Positions 9,606-17,786 of a stretch of 64,000 nucleotides of DNA are shown here, piece after piece. The translations under genes and the position numbers were made by a program. This DNA comes from Escherichia phage Phi1, in the sequence record EF437941; one strand, given 5' to 3'. The stretch's first letter is position 1; the number at the start of each line of letters is the position of its first letter. The notes under the pieces were generated by a model. That model was not told the DNA's origin and searched no databases. It saw nothing but the letters and a program-made list of their open reading frames with translations.

Positions 9606-9914
9606 TTATTTCACATTAACGCCGTCATCAATCCAGCCGACGCTATTTGGTTTAACAGTTTTACCATAGGATGCATACTTAATCAAGCATGGTTTAACAT
9701 CATTATCAAATCTTCCTAAACGTACCCCAAGATCAGGAATATCCATGTATGCGGCTTTATATCCCCATGTGCCATATTCAGAATCAATCTCAACCGGACG
9801 GCCTTTAAAAGCATACACTACACCGTGACGGTCAACGATAACATAGCAATAACCAGCCGGAAGATACACAGTTTCGCCGTAAACTTTAACTGGAGTAGCA
9901 GAAGAGATAAACAT
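9606..9914 (-). CDS. hypothetical protein
   Basis: ORF behind stem-loop promoter ~9949-9977 and GAGGATTATATT-ATG initiation region. Confidence 0.55.
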   Translation of the reverse strand: MFISSATPVKVYGETVYLPAGYCYVIVDRHGVVYAFKGRPVEIDSEYGTWGYKAAYMDIPDLGVRLGRFDNDVKPCLIKYASYGKTVKPNSVGWIDDGVNVK

Positions 9915-9948
9915 AATATAATCCTCACATCGTTCATTTGATGCGGTT

Positions 9949-9977
9949 ATTATAGATTAACCGCATTTTCATGTCAA
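9949..9977 (-). promoter_or_regulatory. early promoter with stem-loop (PeSL-like)
   Basis: TTGACA-N17-TATAAT; inverted repeat GCGGTTA/TAACCGC around the -10. Confidence 0.6.
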
Positions 9978-9984
9978 ACAGTTT

Positions 9985-10293
9985 TTAAAAATCTTCTTCC
10001 GGTTTATATCGACCGTCATCGACTGGTTTTGGACTGAATCCGGTATGTGTGCGCGGCTTCGCTTCCGGTTTACCGGCAATCATCAAACCAAAACATTTCA
10101 GCCCTTTATAACACATAACAATATTAACCACGCTCCAAGTTATAGGCCATATAATAGAACAAATGGCATATGCTCCAATATCGACCTCTTTGGTGTCCTT
10201 GTCGAATCTGGCATACAAGCAAATTATAAGATAGGTGATCATTGCACCAGTAGGCCAAATATAAAGCACATTAACAATATCTTGTGTTGTCAC
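9985..10293 (-). CDS. hypothetical membrane protein
   Basis: Two to three hydrophobic segments; tiled minus-strand ORF. Confidence 0.45.
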   Translation of the reverse strand: MTTQDIVNVLYIWPTGAMITYLIICLYARFDKDTKEVDIGAYAICSIIWPITWSVVNIVMCYKGLKCFGLMIAGKPEAKPRTHTGFSPKPVDDGRYKPEEDF

Positions 10294-10302
10294 GTTATCC
10301 TC

Positions 10303-10581
10303 CTACATGTCTTGCAGAGCATAAAAGCATTTTTCTTCGTAGTCATAGAAAATGTCAAAGTATGCTTTTTCTACATACTCACCATTGATCCAAGCGGCAG
10401 TAACAATCAGAGTGGTCCAGTTAGATCCGCTCTCAACGGTAAAGGTTTTAATACCCAGCTTAACAGCCAAGTCACGAGCAAACTGGTCGCAACCACGACA
10501 GGATGTGATATTGGAAGTTTTGATTTTAAAGCCACCGCGAGTTTTAGAAATTTCTACTTTAGCGAAAGACAGGTTGCTCAT
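10303..10581 (-). CDS. hypothetical protein
   Basis: ORF behind stem-loop promoter ~10624-10652 and conserved AAGGAGAATCAAA-ATG region. Confidence 0.55.
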   Translation of the reverse strand: MSNLSFAKVEISKTRGGFKIKTSNITSCRGCDQFARDLAVKLGIKTFTVESGSNWTTLIVTAAWINGEYVEKAYFDIFYDYEEKCFYALQDM

Positions 10582-10623
10582 TTTGATTCTCCTTAAGAAA
10601 GTATGTTTCGTTTTGATGTGTGT

Positions 10624-10652
10624 AGTATAGGGGATACGTGATCCCCTGTCAA
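10624..10652 (-). promoter_or_regulatory. early promoter with stem-loop in spacer (PeSL-like)
   Basis: TTGACA-GGGGATCACGTATCCCC-TATACT. Confidence 0.6.
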
Positions 10653-10659
10653 CAACTTT

Positions 10660-10965
10660 TTATGATTTTAGTGAATTAACTACTACATCAAAATGATGTA
10701 CAGAGTACACCTTACGAAACACGTATTCATCATGTTTAGGAATCGCCCCTAACCGCTCTATTTCGCTCGCTGACACGATAAACCGCTTATCTGGTGCATT
10801 TACCTTATATGCTTCAACAACGCACGGAAAACGCGTTTTAGCGAGTTCTGGATAGTTTTCCGAATCCATCAGGACAATGAATACCCTATTACATTGATTG
10901 TAGAATCCTGTTTTTGATTTCATCAAGTTTTCTTCTCTGTGAAATTCGTGCAATCTTCCTTTCAT
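10660..10965 (-). CDS. hypothetical protein
   Basis: Tiled ORF; start ambiguous (track 10989), overlaps the upstream gene. Confidence 0.4.
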   Translation of the reverse strand: MKGRLHEFHREENLMKSKTGFYNQCNRVFIVLMDSENYPELAKTRFPCVVEAYKVNAPDKRFIVSASEIERLGAIPKHDEYVFRKVYSVHHFDVVVNSLKS

Positions 10966-11230
10966 GATTTCGTTGGTTCCTGTCTTCATAGTCTACCCAC
11001 TCAACAAGGTCTTTACCTAACTCGAAAGCCCATTCTCGGTCCTGCTTTACGTTTTGTAGGTATGGGCTTTCCGACACTCGACGAAGTGATGTTGTCGTAA
11101 CAAGAATGATCCCAGGAATGGTCGGATGTTCCTTGCCATATACAATAGGACGCGAGTTACTATCAATACCTTGTAAGAAGGTGTATCCTGAATCACTTAG
11201 AATCATATACTTTTTCATTTCACACATCAC
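10889..11230 (-). CDS. hypothetical protein
   Basis: Tiled ORF, ATGA overlap with the upstream gene. Confidence 0.45.
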   Translation of the reverse strand: MMCEMKKYMILSDSGYTFLQGIDSNSRPIVYGKEHPTIPGIILVTTTSLRRVSESPYLQNVKQDREWAFELGKDLVEWVDYEDRNQRNHERKIARISQRRKLDEIKNRILQSM

Positions 11231-11487
11231 AGTTTCCTCAACCAGTTATTAAAGCGAGTAAACCATGATGCTTTTCGTGCTTCTTCTTCGGCTTTGCACG
11301 CACGCAAACCACTGAAACACCATTCATAATCATCACTGAAACATGATTCAACAGGAACACCCGCATTTCGTAGTTCTCTGGTCGTTATCATGAATCCTTG
11401 ACATAATGGGCGACCTTCAACAATGATAGGAAGTTTAACTTTTTCCATGAAAGTATACCCAGCACGGTCAATAATTTCAATCTTCAT
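11227..11487 (-). CDS. hypothetical protein (paralog family B)
   Basis: MKIEIID..G..FM..VKLPIIVEGR...YEWCF pattern shared with 11505..11702. Confidence 0.55.
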   Translation of the reverse strand: MKIEIIDRAGYTFMEKVKLPIIVEGRPLCQGFMITTRELRNAGVPVESCFSDDYEWCFSGLRACKAEEEARKASWFTRFNNWLRKL

Positions 11488-11504
11488 AATATAATCTCAA
11501 TTAG

Positions 11505-11702
11505 TTATACCGCCCAGGCTTCATTTGCACGAAAACACCATTCATACTCAGGAAAATAACCTTTAATTGGTACGCCAGCTTTTTGTAGTTCCTGCGTTTC
11601 TACAAGATAATCAAGCCCATAACGACGACCTTCCACGATGATAGGAAGTTTAACGCCATTCATGAAAGAAAATCCACCGTCATCAATAATTTCAATTTTC
11701 AT
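11505..11702 (-). CDS. hypothetical protein (paralog family B)
   Basis: Tandem paralog of 11227..11487. Confidence 0.55.
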   Translation of the reverse strand: MKIEIIDDGGFSFMNGVKLPIIVEGRRYGLDYLVETQELQKAGVPIKGYFPEYEWCFRANEAWAV

Positions 11703-11946
11703 TTACATTATCTCCATAGATCTTTCCAGCAATATCAATTTCACCAGCGCGAACATCTAGGATAAGATGCGGTAGGTGTATGCAGTTTTCCCACCCTACG
11801 CGCTTCATTTCTTCTACGGTAACGTAAGCCCACCCGTTCGCTGTAATAAAGTCTACTTCAACCTTGATAGGAAAGCAAGACTTTTCTATGTCTTCGAATC
11901 CGACAATATGTTTTGTTGTTGAATATGGAATATATCCGGTGATCAT
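11692..11946 (-). CDS. hypothetical protein
   Basis: Tiled minus-strand ORF. Confidence 0.45.
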   Translation of the reverse strand: MITGYIPYSTTKHIVGFEDIEKSCFPIKVEVDFITANGWAYVTVEEMKRVGWENCIHLPHLILDVRAGEIDIAGKIYGDNVNEN

Positions 11947-12404
11947 TTTGTGATCTCCTTATACTCAACACACCATAAGCGGGTAGCCCATGATAAACGC
12001 TCATAACGCTGGCAGAAATCGGACCATAGATATTGTGCACCGTTCGGCATAGTTGAAATATGCGTTTTCTCTCCAACTTTCACGAAAGAAGTATTCGATT
12101 TTGTGATCTCGACCGGAGTATATCCGAAAGCGGGTTCCAATCCAACATCTGAACTAAATTCCAATTTAACAGAATTTGTTTTTCTGACCGCTGTACGGTT
12201 TCCTTCTGGGTATAGCACAGCAGGTTTAGCGCCTAAGCGGATAAACTCAGTGTTTTTAATAAACAGAATATCATGATAACCGTCATATTCCGACACTTCC
12301 ATAGTAACAGGAAAATCGATATGTGCTAAACCTGGTAGATCTCGCATATCATGAAATGTAGCCATCAACTTTTTCATCTTGTATGCCTCACTCTTCTGTT
12401 TCAT
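11943..12404 (-). CDS. hypothetical protein
   Basis: Tiled minus-strand ORF. Confidence 0.5.
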   Translation of the reverse strand: MKQKSEAYKMKKLMATFHDMRDLPGLAHIDFPVTMEVSEYDGYHDILFIKNTEFIRLGAKPAVLYPEGNRTAVRKTNSVKLEFSSDVGLEPAFGYTPVEITKSNTSFVKVGEKTHISTMPNGAQYLWSDFCQRYERLSWATRLWCVEYKEITK

Positions 12405-12624
12405 TTCTTTTATATGGTACTATAACAGGATTAATACAGCAAGCACCAATTACGTTATGAGCACCACAATTTAAACATTTATAGTCATGGAACTTATTAA
12501 GAAATCGACCAAACTCATAACCGACTAGCGCCGCATGTACTTGAGTCTCGATCTCATCCATATCAGCCAATGTTTTAACCTTCATAGTATAATCCTCAAA
12601 TGGTAGTTTTGCGAAGATGGTCAT
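12388..12624 (-). CDS. hypothetical Cys-containing small protein
   Basis: CLNCGAHNVIGACC motif; tiled ORF. Confidence 0.45.
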   Translation of the reverse strand: MTIFAKLPFEDYTMKVKTLADMDEIETQVHAALVGYEFGRFLNKFHDYKCLNCGAHNVIGACCINPVIVPYKRNETEE

Positions 12625-12886
12625 TACATGCTTTTAATGCATCGGTCGCGGTGTCATAGCGAGTATTATCATAGCACCAATAACCATCTGTCAACTGATA
12701 AATTAATCCATCCTTTTTAGCTTCGATGAAAGACAACTCTTTGAAAGTTTCTACTTTCTTTGCTGATACTCCACGGTCACGGCGTTTATAGAGTTTAGCT
12801 AAAATGCGTTCAGCTTGTTCCTCTTTATCGCCAGACAGATCCCAGATGATGCTTCGGATATGCTTGATTAATTGTTCAGTGGTCAT
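12596..12886 (-). CDS. hypothetical protein
   Basis: ORF behind TTGACA-N16-TATAAT promoter at ~12916-12943 and AAGGAGAATCAAAG-ATG. Confidence 0.55.
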   Translation of the reverse strand: MTTEQLIKHIRSIIWDLSGDKEEQAERILAKLYKRRDRGVSAKKVETFKELSFIEAKKDGLIYQLTDGYWCYDNTRYDTATDALKACNDHLRKTTI

Positions 12887-12915
12887 CTTTGATTCTCCTT
12901 AGTTGGTATGCGTGC

Positions 12916-12943
12916 ATTATAGCATTGTGATTATCTTTGTCAA
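12916..12943 (-). promoter_or_regulatory. early sigma70-type promoter
   Basis: TTGACA-N16-TATAAT directly downstream of the terminator. Confidence 0.6.
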
Positions 12944-12946
12944 CAC

Positions 12947-12982
12947 CCAAAAAACAAAAAAGGCTATCCCGAAGGATAGCCC
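12947..12982 (-). terminator. intrinsic terminator after the gp38-like gene
   Basis: Hairpin GGCTATCCTTCGGGATAGCC followed by TTTTTTGTTTTTT on the minus strand. Confidence 0.7.
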
Positions 12983-12988
12983 ATAAAA

Positions 12989-13765
12989 TTACACGCGAGC
13001 ACCGTAGATCGTGCCTACTTTATCCCAACGAGGGGCATTACCAGTAACGGCTTTACCAGCAGCACCACCGTTATATTCTGTACCGTTACCCTGAGTATTA
13101 CATCTTCCTCCAGCAGCACCAACGTTACCTCCAGCACCGCCTGTATATGCACTAAGAGACCCCGAACCAACAGATCCTTTACCTGGAGCGGAAATGGAGC
13201 CAGCGGTTGCACCAGAACCCATATTAGAGGAAGACCCACCAGCACCGAATGGGCGACCACCGCCACCACCAAATACTAGTATACCCCTGTTACCGCCACC
13301 ACCACCGCCACCGCCGCCAACGATAGCACCGTTATTTGTAATTCGTAGACGTGTACCGATAGCGTTATTGATTGCGTTTCCACCAGCAGCGCCAGCAGCG
13401 TTACTACCACCATTACCCCCACGTCCGTAGACAGTCACACCGGAGTTAATGATCAATGTTACATATTCGTTTGTTAACGAGCTAGGGAAGTCAAGACAAG
13501 GAACGCCAGTAGAATGAGAAACAATATTACCAGTGATAGTAATTACTACCGGAGTAGATCCTTGTGCTTTCATCCAGTTAATAAGAGTGTCTTTATTGTA
13601 AGAGTTACTAGCACCAATGCTATAATGAATCTCTTTAGAGCGTCCGACCATTGCCGACATATACGCCGGACGACCTAAGCGTACAGCTTGCATTGCGGCG
13701 CTCATCCACCGTTGACCAGTCTCGGACACCGCAGATGATCCTACCCATCCAGAAGATATTGCCAT
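12989..13765 (-). CDS. 38: glycine-rich protein, gp38-like receptor-recognising adhesin (T2-type architecture)
   Basis: N-terminus GWVGSSAVSETGQRWMS followed by several poly-Gly motifs separating short variable segments; about 258 aa; flanked by hairpins. Confidence 0.55.
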   Translation of the reverse strand: MAISSGWVGSSAVSETGQRWMSAAMQAVRLGRPAYMSAMVGRSKEIHYSIGASNSYNKDTLINWMKAQGSTPVVITITGNIVSHSTGVPCLDFPSSLTNEYVTLIINSGVTVYGRGGNGGSNAAGAAGGNAINNAIGTRLRITNNGAIVGGGGGGGGGNRGILVFGGGGGRPFGAGGSSSNMGSGATAGSISAPGKGSVGSGSLSAYTGGAGGNVGAAGGRCNTQGNGTEYNGGAAGKAVTGNAPRWDKVGTIYGARV

Positions 13766-13819
13766 AAAATTTCCTCACAAGAAAAGCCCCAATTAAGGGG
13801 CATTGATTGATAATATTAC

Positions 13820-14041
13820 TTAGATGACCTCTGCTTCACCATCCAGGAAGAAAGACCATGTTTTGTTAGGATAGCGAAGCGCCCATGATTCAGCAGTTTT
13901 AACACCAGCTTCGAACAATTGACGGCTGGTTACTTTAGCCATACCATCTTCGATGGCAACGTTTTCAATAATCATCGGGTACTTAGCGCCACGCATGAAA
14001 CCGAAACCAGCGGAAGATTTGATAATTTTAACAGTTGCCAT
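13820..14041 (-). CDS. hypothetical protein (paralog family B-like)
   Basis: Start at ATG after AAGGAGAATCAAAA; KII...GFGFM...YPMIIEN pattern resembles 11227..11487. Confidence 0.55.
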   Translation of the reverse strand: MATVKIIKSSAGFGFMRGAKYPMIIENVAIEDGMAKVTSRQLFEAGVKTAESWALRYPNKTWSFFLDGEAEVI

Positions 14042-14080
14042 TTTTGATTCTCCTAGAAAGTGTCGTGTTTCGATGGGTGT

Positions 14081-14109
14081 ATTATGCAATAACACCGGAA
14101 CGATGTCAA
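14081..14109 (-). promoter_or_regulatory. early promoter (PeSL-like)
   Basis: TTGACA ... CATAAT with a GT-rich inverted repeat; conserved leader follows. Confidence 0.5.
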
Positions 14110-14127
14110 CACTTTCTAAGAAAAATT

Positions 14128-14412
14128 TTAAATTAATCGAATATAGCCCAGAATTTCAGCACCTTTAGCTAGTCCTAAAACCTCCCATTCAAGGTCGCCG
14201 TAGTCATAATTTGCAACCATCAGTTCACCGTTTTTCATGCAGCAATCATGAGAGAAAATTTGCCCCGCATAAACTACGATAGTAATAAACTTTCCTGATT
14301 CTGGCGGTATGGAAGACAAAGCGACCATATGACCATTCAGCTTAGTCACCAGTGATGGAACAATAAAATTCGGGCTTACCTGAATACCGTTAAATTCGTT
14401 TGTGTCTTTCAT
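14128..14412 (-). CDS. hypothetical protein
   Basis: Tiled minus-strand ORF. Confidence 0.45.
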   Translation of the reverse strand: MKDTNEFNGIQVSPNFIVPSLVTKLNGHMVALSSIPPESGKFITIVVYAGQIFSHDCCMKNGELMVANYDYGDLEWEVLGLAKGAEILGYIRLI

Positions 14413-14759
14413 GCCAGACCTCGCAAAACACTAATAGCATAATCATGCTGGTTATTCATAATATCAATTGCATTGTGATAACGAGCTAAACCATCAAGGA
14501 TAAATTCTTGTTTATCCTGTTTCAGTTTGGTATCACGCGCAGCCATAAGAGCATCGAGAACAGGTCCAAAGTGATTATCTAATTCATCTTCGGTTGCAAT
14601 GTTTCCTATTGCATCGTCGATCCGTGATTCTAATGCTTGCTTTTCGTTGATCACTTGCTGGGTATATTCCAACACATCAAGAATATCGCGGGTAACGTCG
14701 CCATGATAAGGTATCCCCGCATGAAGATGATCAATTAATCGCTGAATATCAATGTTCAT
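14409..14759 (-). CDS. hypothetical protein
   Basis: Tiled ORF with ATGA overlap. Confidence 0.45.
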   Translation of the reverse strand: MNIDIQRLIDHLHAGIPYHGDVTRDILDVLEYTQQVINEKQALESRIDDAIGNIATEDELDNHFGPVLDALMAARDTKLKQDKQEFILDGLARYHNAIDIMNNQHDYAISVLRGLA

Positions 14760-15094
14760 TTGTAACCCTCCTCTGAAAGCACATCCCAGATCGTTGCGTC
14801 AAGATGCATTAAATTCCACATAATAGAGTCATAACTACCGAAGCCAGAAGTAAAAATTACATCACACTGGCGATAAGTCTTATGAAAATCGGTAGCGGTC
14901 TTTGCGTCAATAGGCATATCGTCACCGGAAAGCACCAGACATTTAAGAATCATAACTCTGTTAGCCGTTGGCGCTTGCTTAGTCTTTTCAGCATATTTTT
15001 CGATGATCCGTTTTGCCTTTTCTTCTTTGATACGTCCAGACCAAATCCGGTTTCGGTATTGATTCATAATAATTTCAATCACATCATTTTGCAT
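14756..15094 (-). CDS. hypothetical protein
   Basis: Tiled ORF. Confidence 0.45.
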   Translation of the reverse strand: MQNDVIEIIMNQYRNRIWSGRIKEEKAKRIIEKYAEKTKQAPTANRVMILKCLVLSGDDMPIDAKTATDFHKTYRQCDVIFTSGFGSYDSIMWNLMHLDATIWDVLSEEGYK

Positions 15095-15293
15095 TCTTCA
15101 CGGTCTCCATAATTGTTTTGTAAGCCAGTTTAAGATGATCACCGAAAAACTTTGCAGTGTTACCCTTCGGATCGCGGAGCATGGTTTCTACGATCTCATC
15201 GGCAGTAACAATTTCTCCTTTCTTTGCTGCATGTTCTACCATATACTTCAAAGTTTCTTCGGAAGCAAGTGCTGCGGCTACTGGATTAATCAT
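15084..15293 (-). CDS. hypothetical protein
   Basis: ORF behind promoter ~15320-15350 and conserved AAGGAGAATCAAA-ATG. Confidence 0.5.
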   Translation of the reverse strand: MINPVAAALASEETLKYMVEHAAKKGEIVTADEIVETMLRDPKGNTAKFFGDHLKLAYKTIMETVKNAK

Positions 15294-15319
15294 TTTGATT
15301 CTCCTTTGTTGTCGATGTG

Positions 15320-15350
15320 TGCATTATGCTATACCATGATCCGGTTGTCA
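15320..15350 (-). promoter_or_regulatory. early promoter
   Basis: TTGACA then -10-like TATAGCATAAT; conserved AAGGAGAATCAAA-ATG leader follows. Confidence 0.5.
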
Positions 15351-15354
15351 ACAC

Positions 15355-15388
15355 CTAAAAACGAAAAAGCCACCCTTTCGGATGGCTT
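15355..15388 (-). terminator. intrinsic terminator
   Basis: Hairpin AAGCCATCCGAAAGGGTGGCTT plus TTTTTCGTTTTT on the minus strand. Confidence 0.7.
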
Positions 15389-15702
15389 TTGATTATATTT
15401 TATTCACGTCCATTTGTATAGTAGTGTTTGAATCGACCGTAACCAGTTTCAATGGTCATTGTTCTTTGGTGAACAATAGCCCAATAACCGTTACAGGAAT
15501 ATTGCAGATACAAATCTTTACCTTTCATAAACTCATTAAAGATTGTTTCTGCCAGTCATAATAGACAACATCTTCAAGTTACCCATCCATGCGGGTCTTC
15601 CGATTCGGCAGTAATTGAACACGCGAAAGTATGAGGAAGCCAAATGGTTGTGTTAATGCTAGTTTTCTTTTACTTCTGGTATGTATCCCACTGTGACTAA
15701 CA

Positions 15703-16101
15703 TTAAGCCAGTCGAGTGAGTTTATAAATTGTTTTAAAGCATAGAGCTTTGATATCGTCTAAAACACTCTGTAACGAGCTATCAACATCATTATAAATCT
15801 CACTAGCCATTTGCGTTAACTCTTGCAAATAGGCAATTTCGCTAATCTCCTTGCGGACGACCAACGTTGGCTGATAACGACCAGTGATCCCAATATTGGT
15901 TTCAGTGAAATTATCAACCAATTCTTGCATTTCAAGATAGAACTCTTCTAGAGCCTTATGTTTTGCATAAGACCCCGGACCAGTTACCCCAAAATGCGCA
16001 GAATGCATATAAGTAACACTCATCAGACATTCACCGATAAAGCGGTCAACTTTATTAGCTTTCCCATCTTCGGACGTCTTTCGAAAATCACTGAATTTCA
16101 T
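15703..16101 (-). CDS. ferritin-like / Dps-like protein (tentative)
   Basis: HFGVTGPGSYAKHKALEEFY resembles the Dps signature (HWNVKGPNF..H..FEE.Y) recalled from memory; start at the internal ATG (MKFSDF). Confidence 0.45.
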   Translation of the reverse strand: MKFSDFRKTSEDGKANKVDRFIGECLMSVTYMHSAHFGVTGPGSYAKHKALEEFYLEMQELVDNFTETNIGITGRYQPTLVVRKEISEIAYLQELTQMASEIYNDVDSSLQSVLDDIKALCFKTIYKLTRLA

Positions 16102-16390
16102 GTTCTCGATTCTCCATATTATGCAACATAACAAATTGTTGTGCGGCATATTCCCCCATAATAAAACACTGCTTAGAATCCATACATTTACTACGAGCAT
16201 ACATCTTCATAATATGGGCATGAAATTTCTGGCTGGTTTCAATGGAAGGAGATATTTTGTTTACATATACTATCATTGCACCGTCGAAATAATCAGTAAA
16301 GTCACCAGTTGGATCATATTGATCAGCACTAACGCTTCCGACCGCAGTAAAGCATATTGCCGCTGTTAGAGTTTTACGAATAAATGACAT
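16088..16390 (-). CDS. rI: RI-like lysis-inhibition antiholin (signal-anchor periplasmic protein)
   Basis: N-terminal hydrophobic signal; Cys-x6-Cys ... GEYAAQQ segment resembles T4 RI as recalled; adjacent to tk as in T4. Confidence 0.5.
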   Translation of the reverse strand: MSFIRKTLTAAICFTAVGSVSADQYDPTGDFTDYFDGAMIVYVNKISPSIETSQKFHAHIMKMYARSKCMDSKQCFIMGEYAAQQFVMLHNMENREHEIQ

Positions 16391-16458
16391 AAGTCATTCC
16401 CCCAGATTTAAAATATTCAGTTATATTTATAATCTGGGGCTTTATTTATGATTAACTC

Positions 16459-17055
16459 TTATTTGGTAGTACCGTCAATAAAATGTTTACGGCACACAGA
16501 AACATATTTATCCTCTGCACCAACTTCTATTTGAGCACCATCGCGAATAACATTACCATCTTTATCTACTCGAAGGACCATTGTTGCTTTCTTGCCACAA
16601 TGACAAATACCCTTCATTTCGACCAGCTTATCGGCAAATGCCATTAATGCCGCAGATCCTTCAAATAGATTGCCCTGAAAGTCAGTGCGAAGGCCATAGC
16701 ACAGTACAGGGATATTTGCATCATCAACAAGCGCACACAAGCCTAAAACATGCTCTTTAGTCATAAATTGGGCTTCGTCTACAAAAACTGCATCTGGACG
16801 CCATCGATCCGGTCTACGCTTACCTAACGATTCACGATAAACCAAGTCGAAAAGATCATCAGATTTAGTGAAGGTGATCGCTGGAGCACTTAGGCCAATT
16901 CGGGAAACGACTTCACTTTCTGAATCTCGATTATCAATCGCTGGCTTAAGAATTAATACTCGCATATCACGTTCGGTATAGTTATAAGCACTTTGTAATA
17001 GGGAAGTTGATTTGCCAGCGTTCATAGATGCATAGTAGAAATATAATTGCGCCAT
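16459..17055 (-). CDS. tk: thymidine kinase
   Basis: P-loop MNAGKST, FVDEAQF and a C-terminal Cys cluster typical of thymidine kinases. Confidence 0.95.
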   Translation of the reverse strand: MAQLYFYYASMNAGKSTSLLQSAYNYTERDMRVLILKPAIDNRDSESEVVSRIGLSAPAITFTKSDDLFDLVYRESLGKRRPDRWRPDAVFVDEAQFMTKEHVLGLCALVDDANIPVLCYGLRTDFQGNLFEGSAALMAFADKLVEMKGICHCGKKATMVLRVDKDGNVIRDGAQIEVGAEDKYVSVCRKHFIDGTTK

Positions 17056-17348
17056 TAATTAATCTCCAAAAATCCAGCAAGACCTAAACCGATATAAGTC
17101 CATATACCAATAAAAAAGATGTTAATGCTCATGGCAAGGATAAACCCTTTCAGCGTTTTGGGATACCCAACCCAATATTCCCGACCATCTTCTAACCGGA
17201 TCAACTTATTGCCTTGCGAGTCCATATCAACTACAACATGTTTATTTCGAGATTGCACTAGATATTGTTTTACAATCTCTACACCCGCCATAATAACAAT
17301 AACGAAAATAAAAGTCCACACAACAAGATTAATGATAGTCTCAAGCAT
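17055..17348 (-). CDS. hypothetical membrane protein
   Basis: Two hydrophobic helices; tiled ORF. Confidence 0.5.
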   Translation of the reverse strand: MLETIINLVVWTFIFVIVIMAGVEIVKQYLVQSRNKHVVVDMDSQGNKLIRLEDGREYWVGYPKTLKGFILAMSINIFFIGIWTYIGLGLAGFLEIN

Positions 17349-17391
17349 TTTCTATCACCTCCACCCAATCAGGTGTTTCCTGAAAGACTCC

Positions 17392-17583
17392 TTAGCCTTC
17401 ATGATGGTCGCAACCTTTATTGCTACAGTACATCCACCAATCCCACATTCCCCACGGTAAACGCTGCATATCGTCGTTACAACAAGTGAAGATGATAGGC
17501 CAACCACATCTAACACATCGGCAGTTTTCTTTCATGTGAGCGGTATTAGGCTTCTTCATAGATGACTCCAATATAATCGACAT
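17392..17583 (-). CDS. small Cys/Trp-rich protein (putative zinc-binding)
   Basis: Multiple CxxC-like pairs in 63 aa. Confidence 0.4.
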   Translation of the reverse strand: MSIILESSMKKPNTAHMKENCRCVRCGWPIIFTCCNDDMQRLPWGMWDWWMYCSNKGCDHHEG

Positions 17584-17786
17584 TTACATTTAGGGCAATG
17601 CGGTTCTTTAATATAATACCCGTCTGTCTTTGGAACACTAACAGGAGCGGTTTTTATATTATATTCAGTGAAACAACGAAAACAAGTTACGTTTTCTACA
17701 GACTGACGTTTCACCCAATCACCGGAATATAGATCATTTTTATTTGTCATATTCAACCACCACAATGTTAATGTCTGGAGTAGCAA
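17556..17786 (-). CDS. small Cys-rich protein (putative zinc ribbon)
   Basis: CFRCF ... CPKCKC pairs. Confidence 0.4.
   Translation of the reverse strand: MLLQTLTLWWLNMTNKNDLYSGDWVKRQSVENVTCFRCFTEYNIKTAPVSVPKTDGYYIKEPHCPKCKCRLYWSHL

Noticed and set aside
10045-10596. Plus-strand 183-aa ORF
   Set aside because: Overlaps two tiled minus-strand genes with promoter and RBS support; no plus-strand signals; it is the only long plus-strand frame in a uniformly minus-strand region
13194-13430. Plus-strand 78-aa proline-rich ORF
   Set aside because: It is the antisense reading of the poly-glycine (GGN) codons of the gp38-like gene; no RBS and opposite to all neighbouring genes
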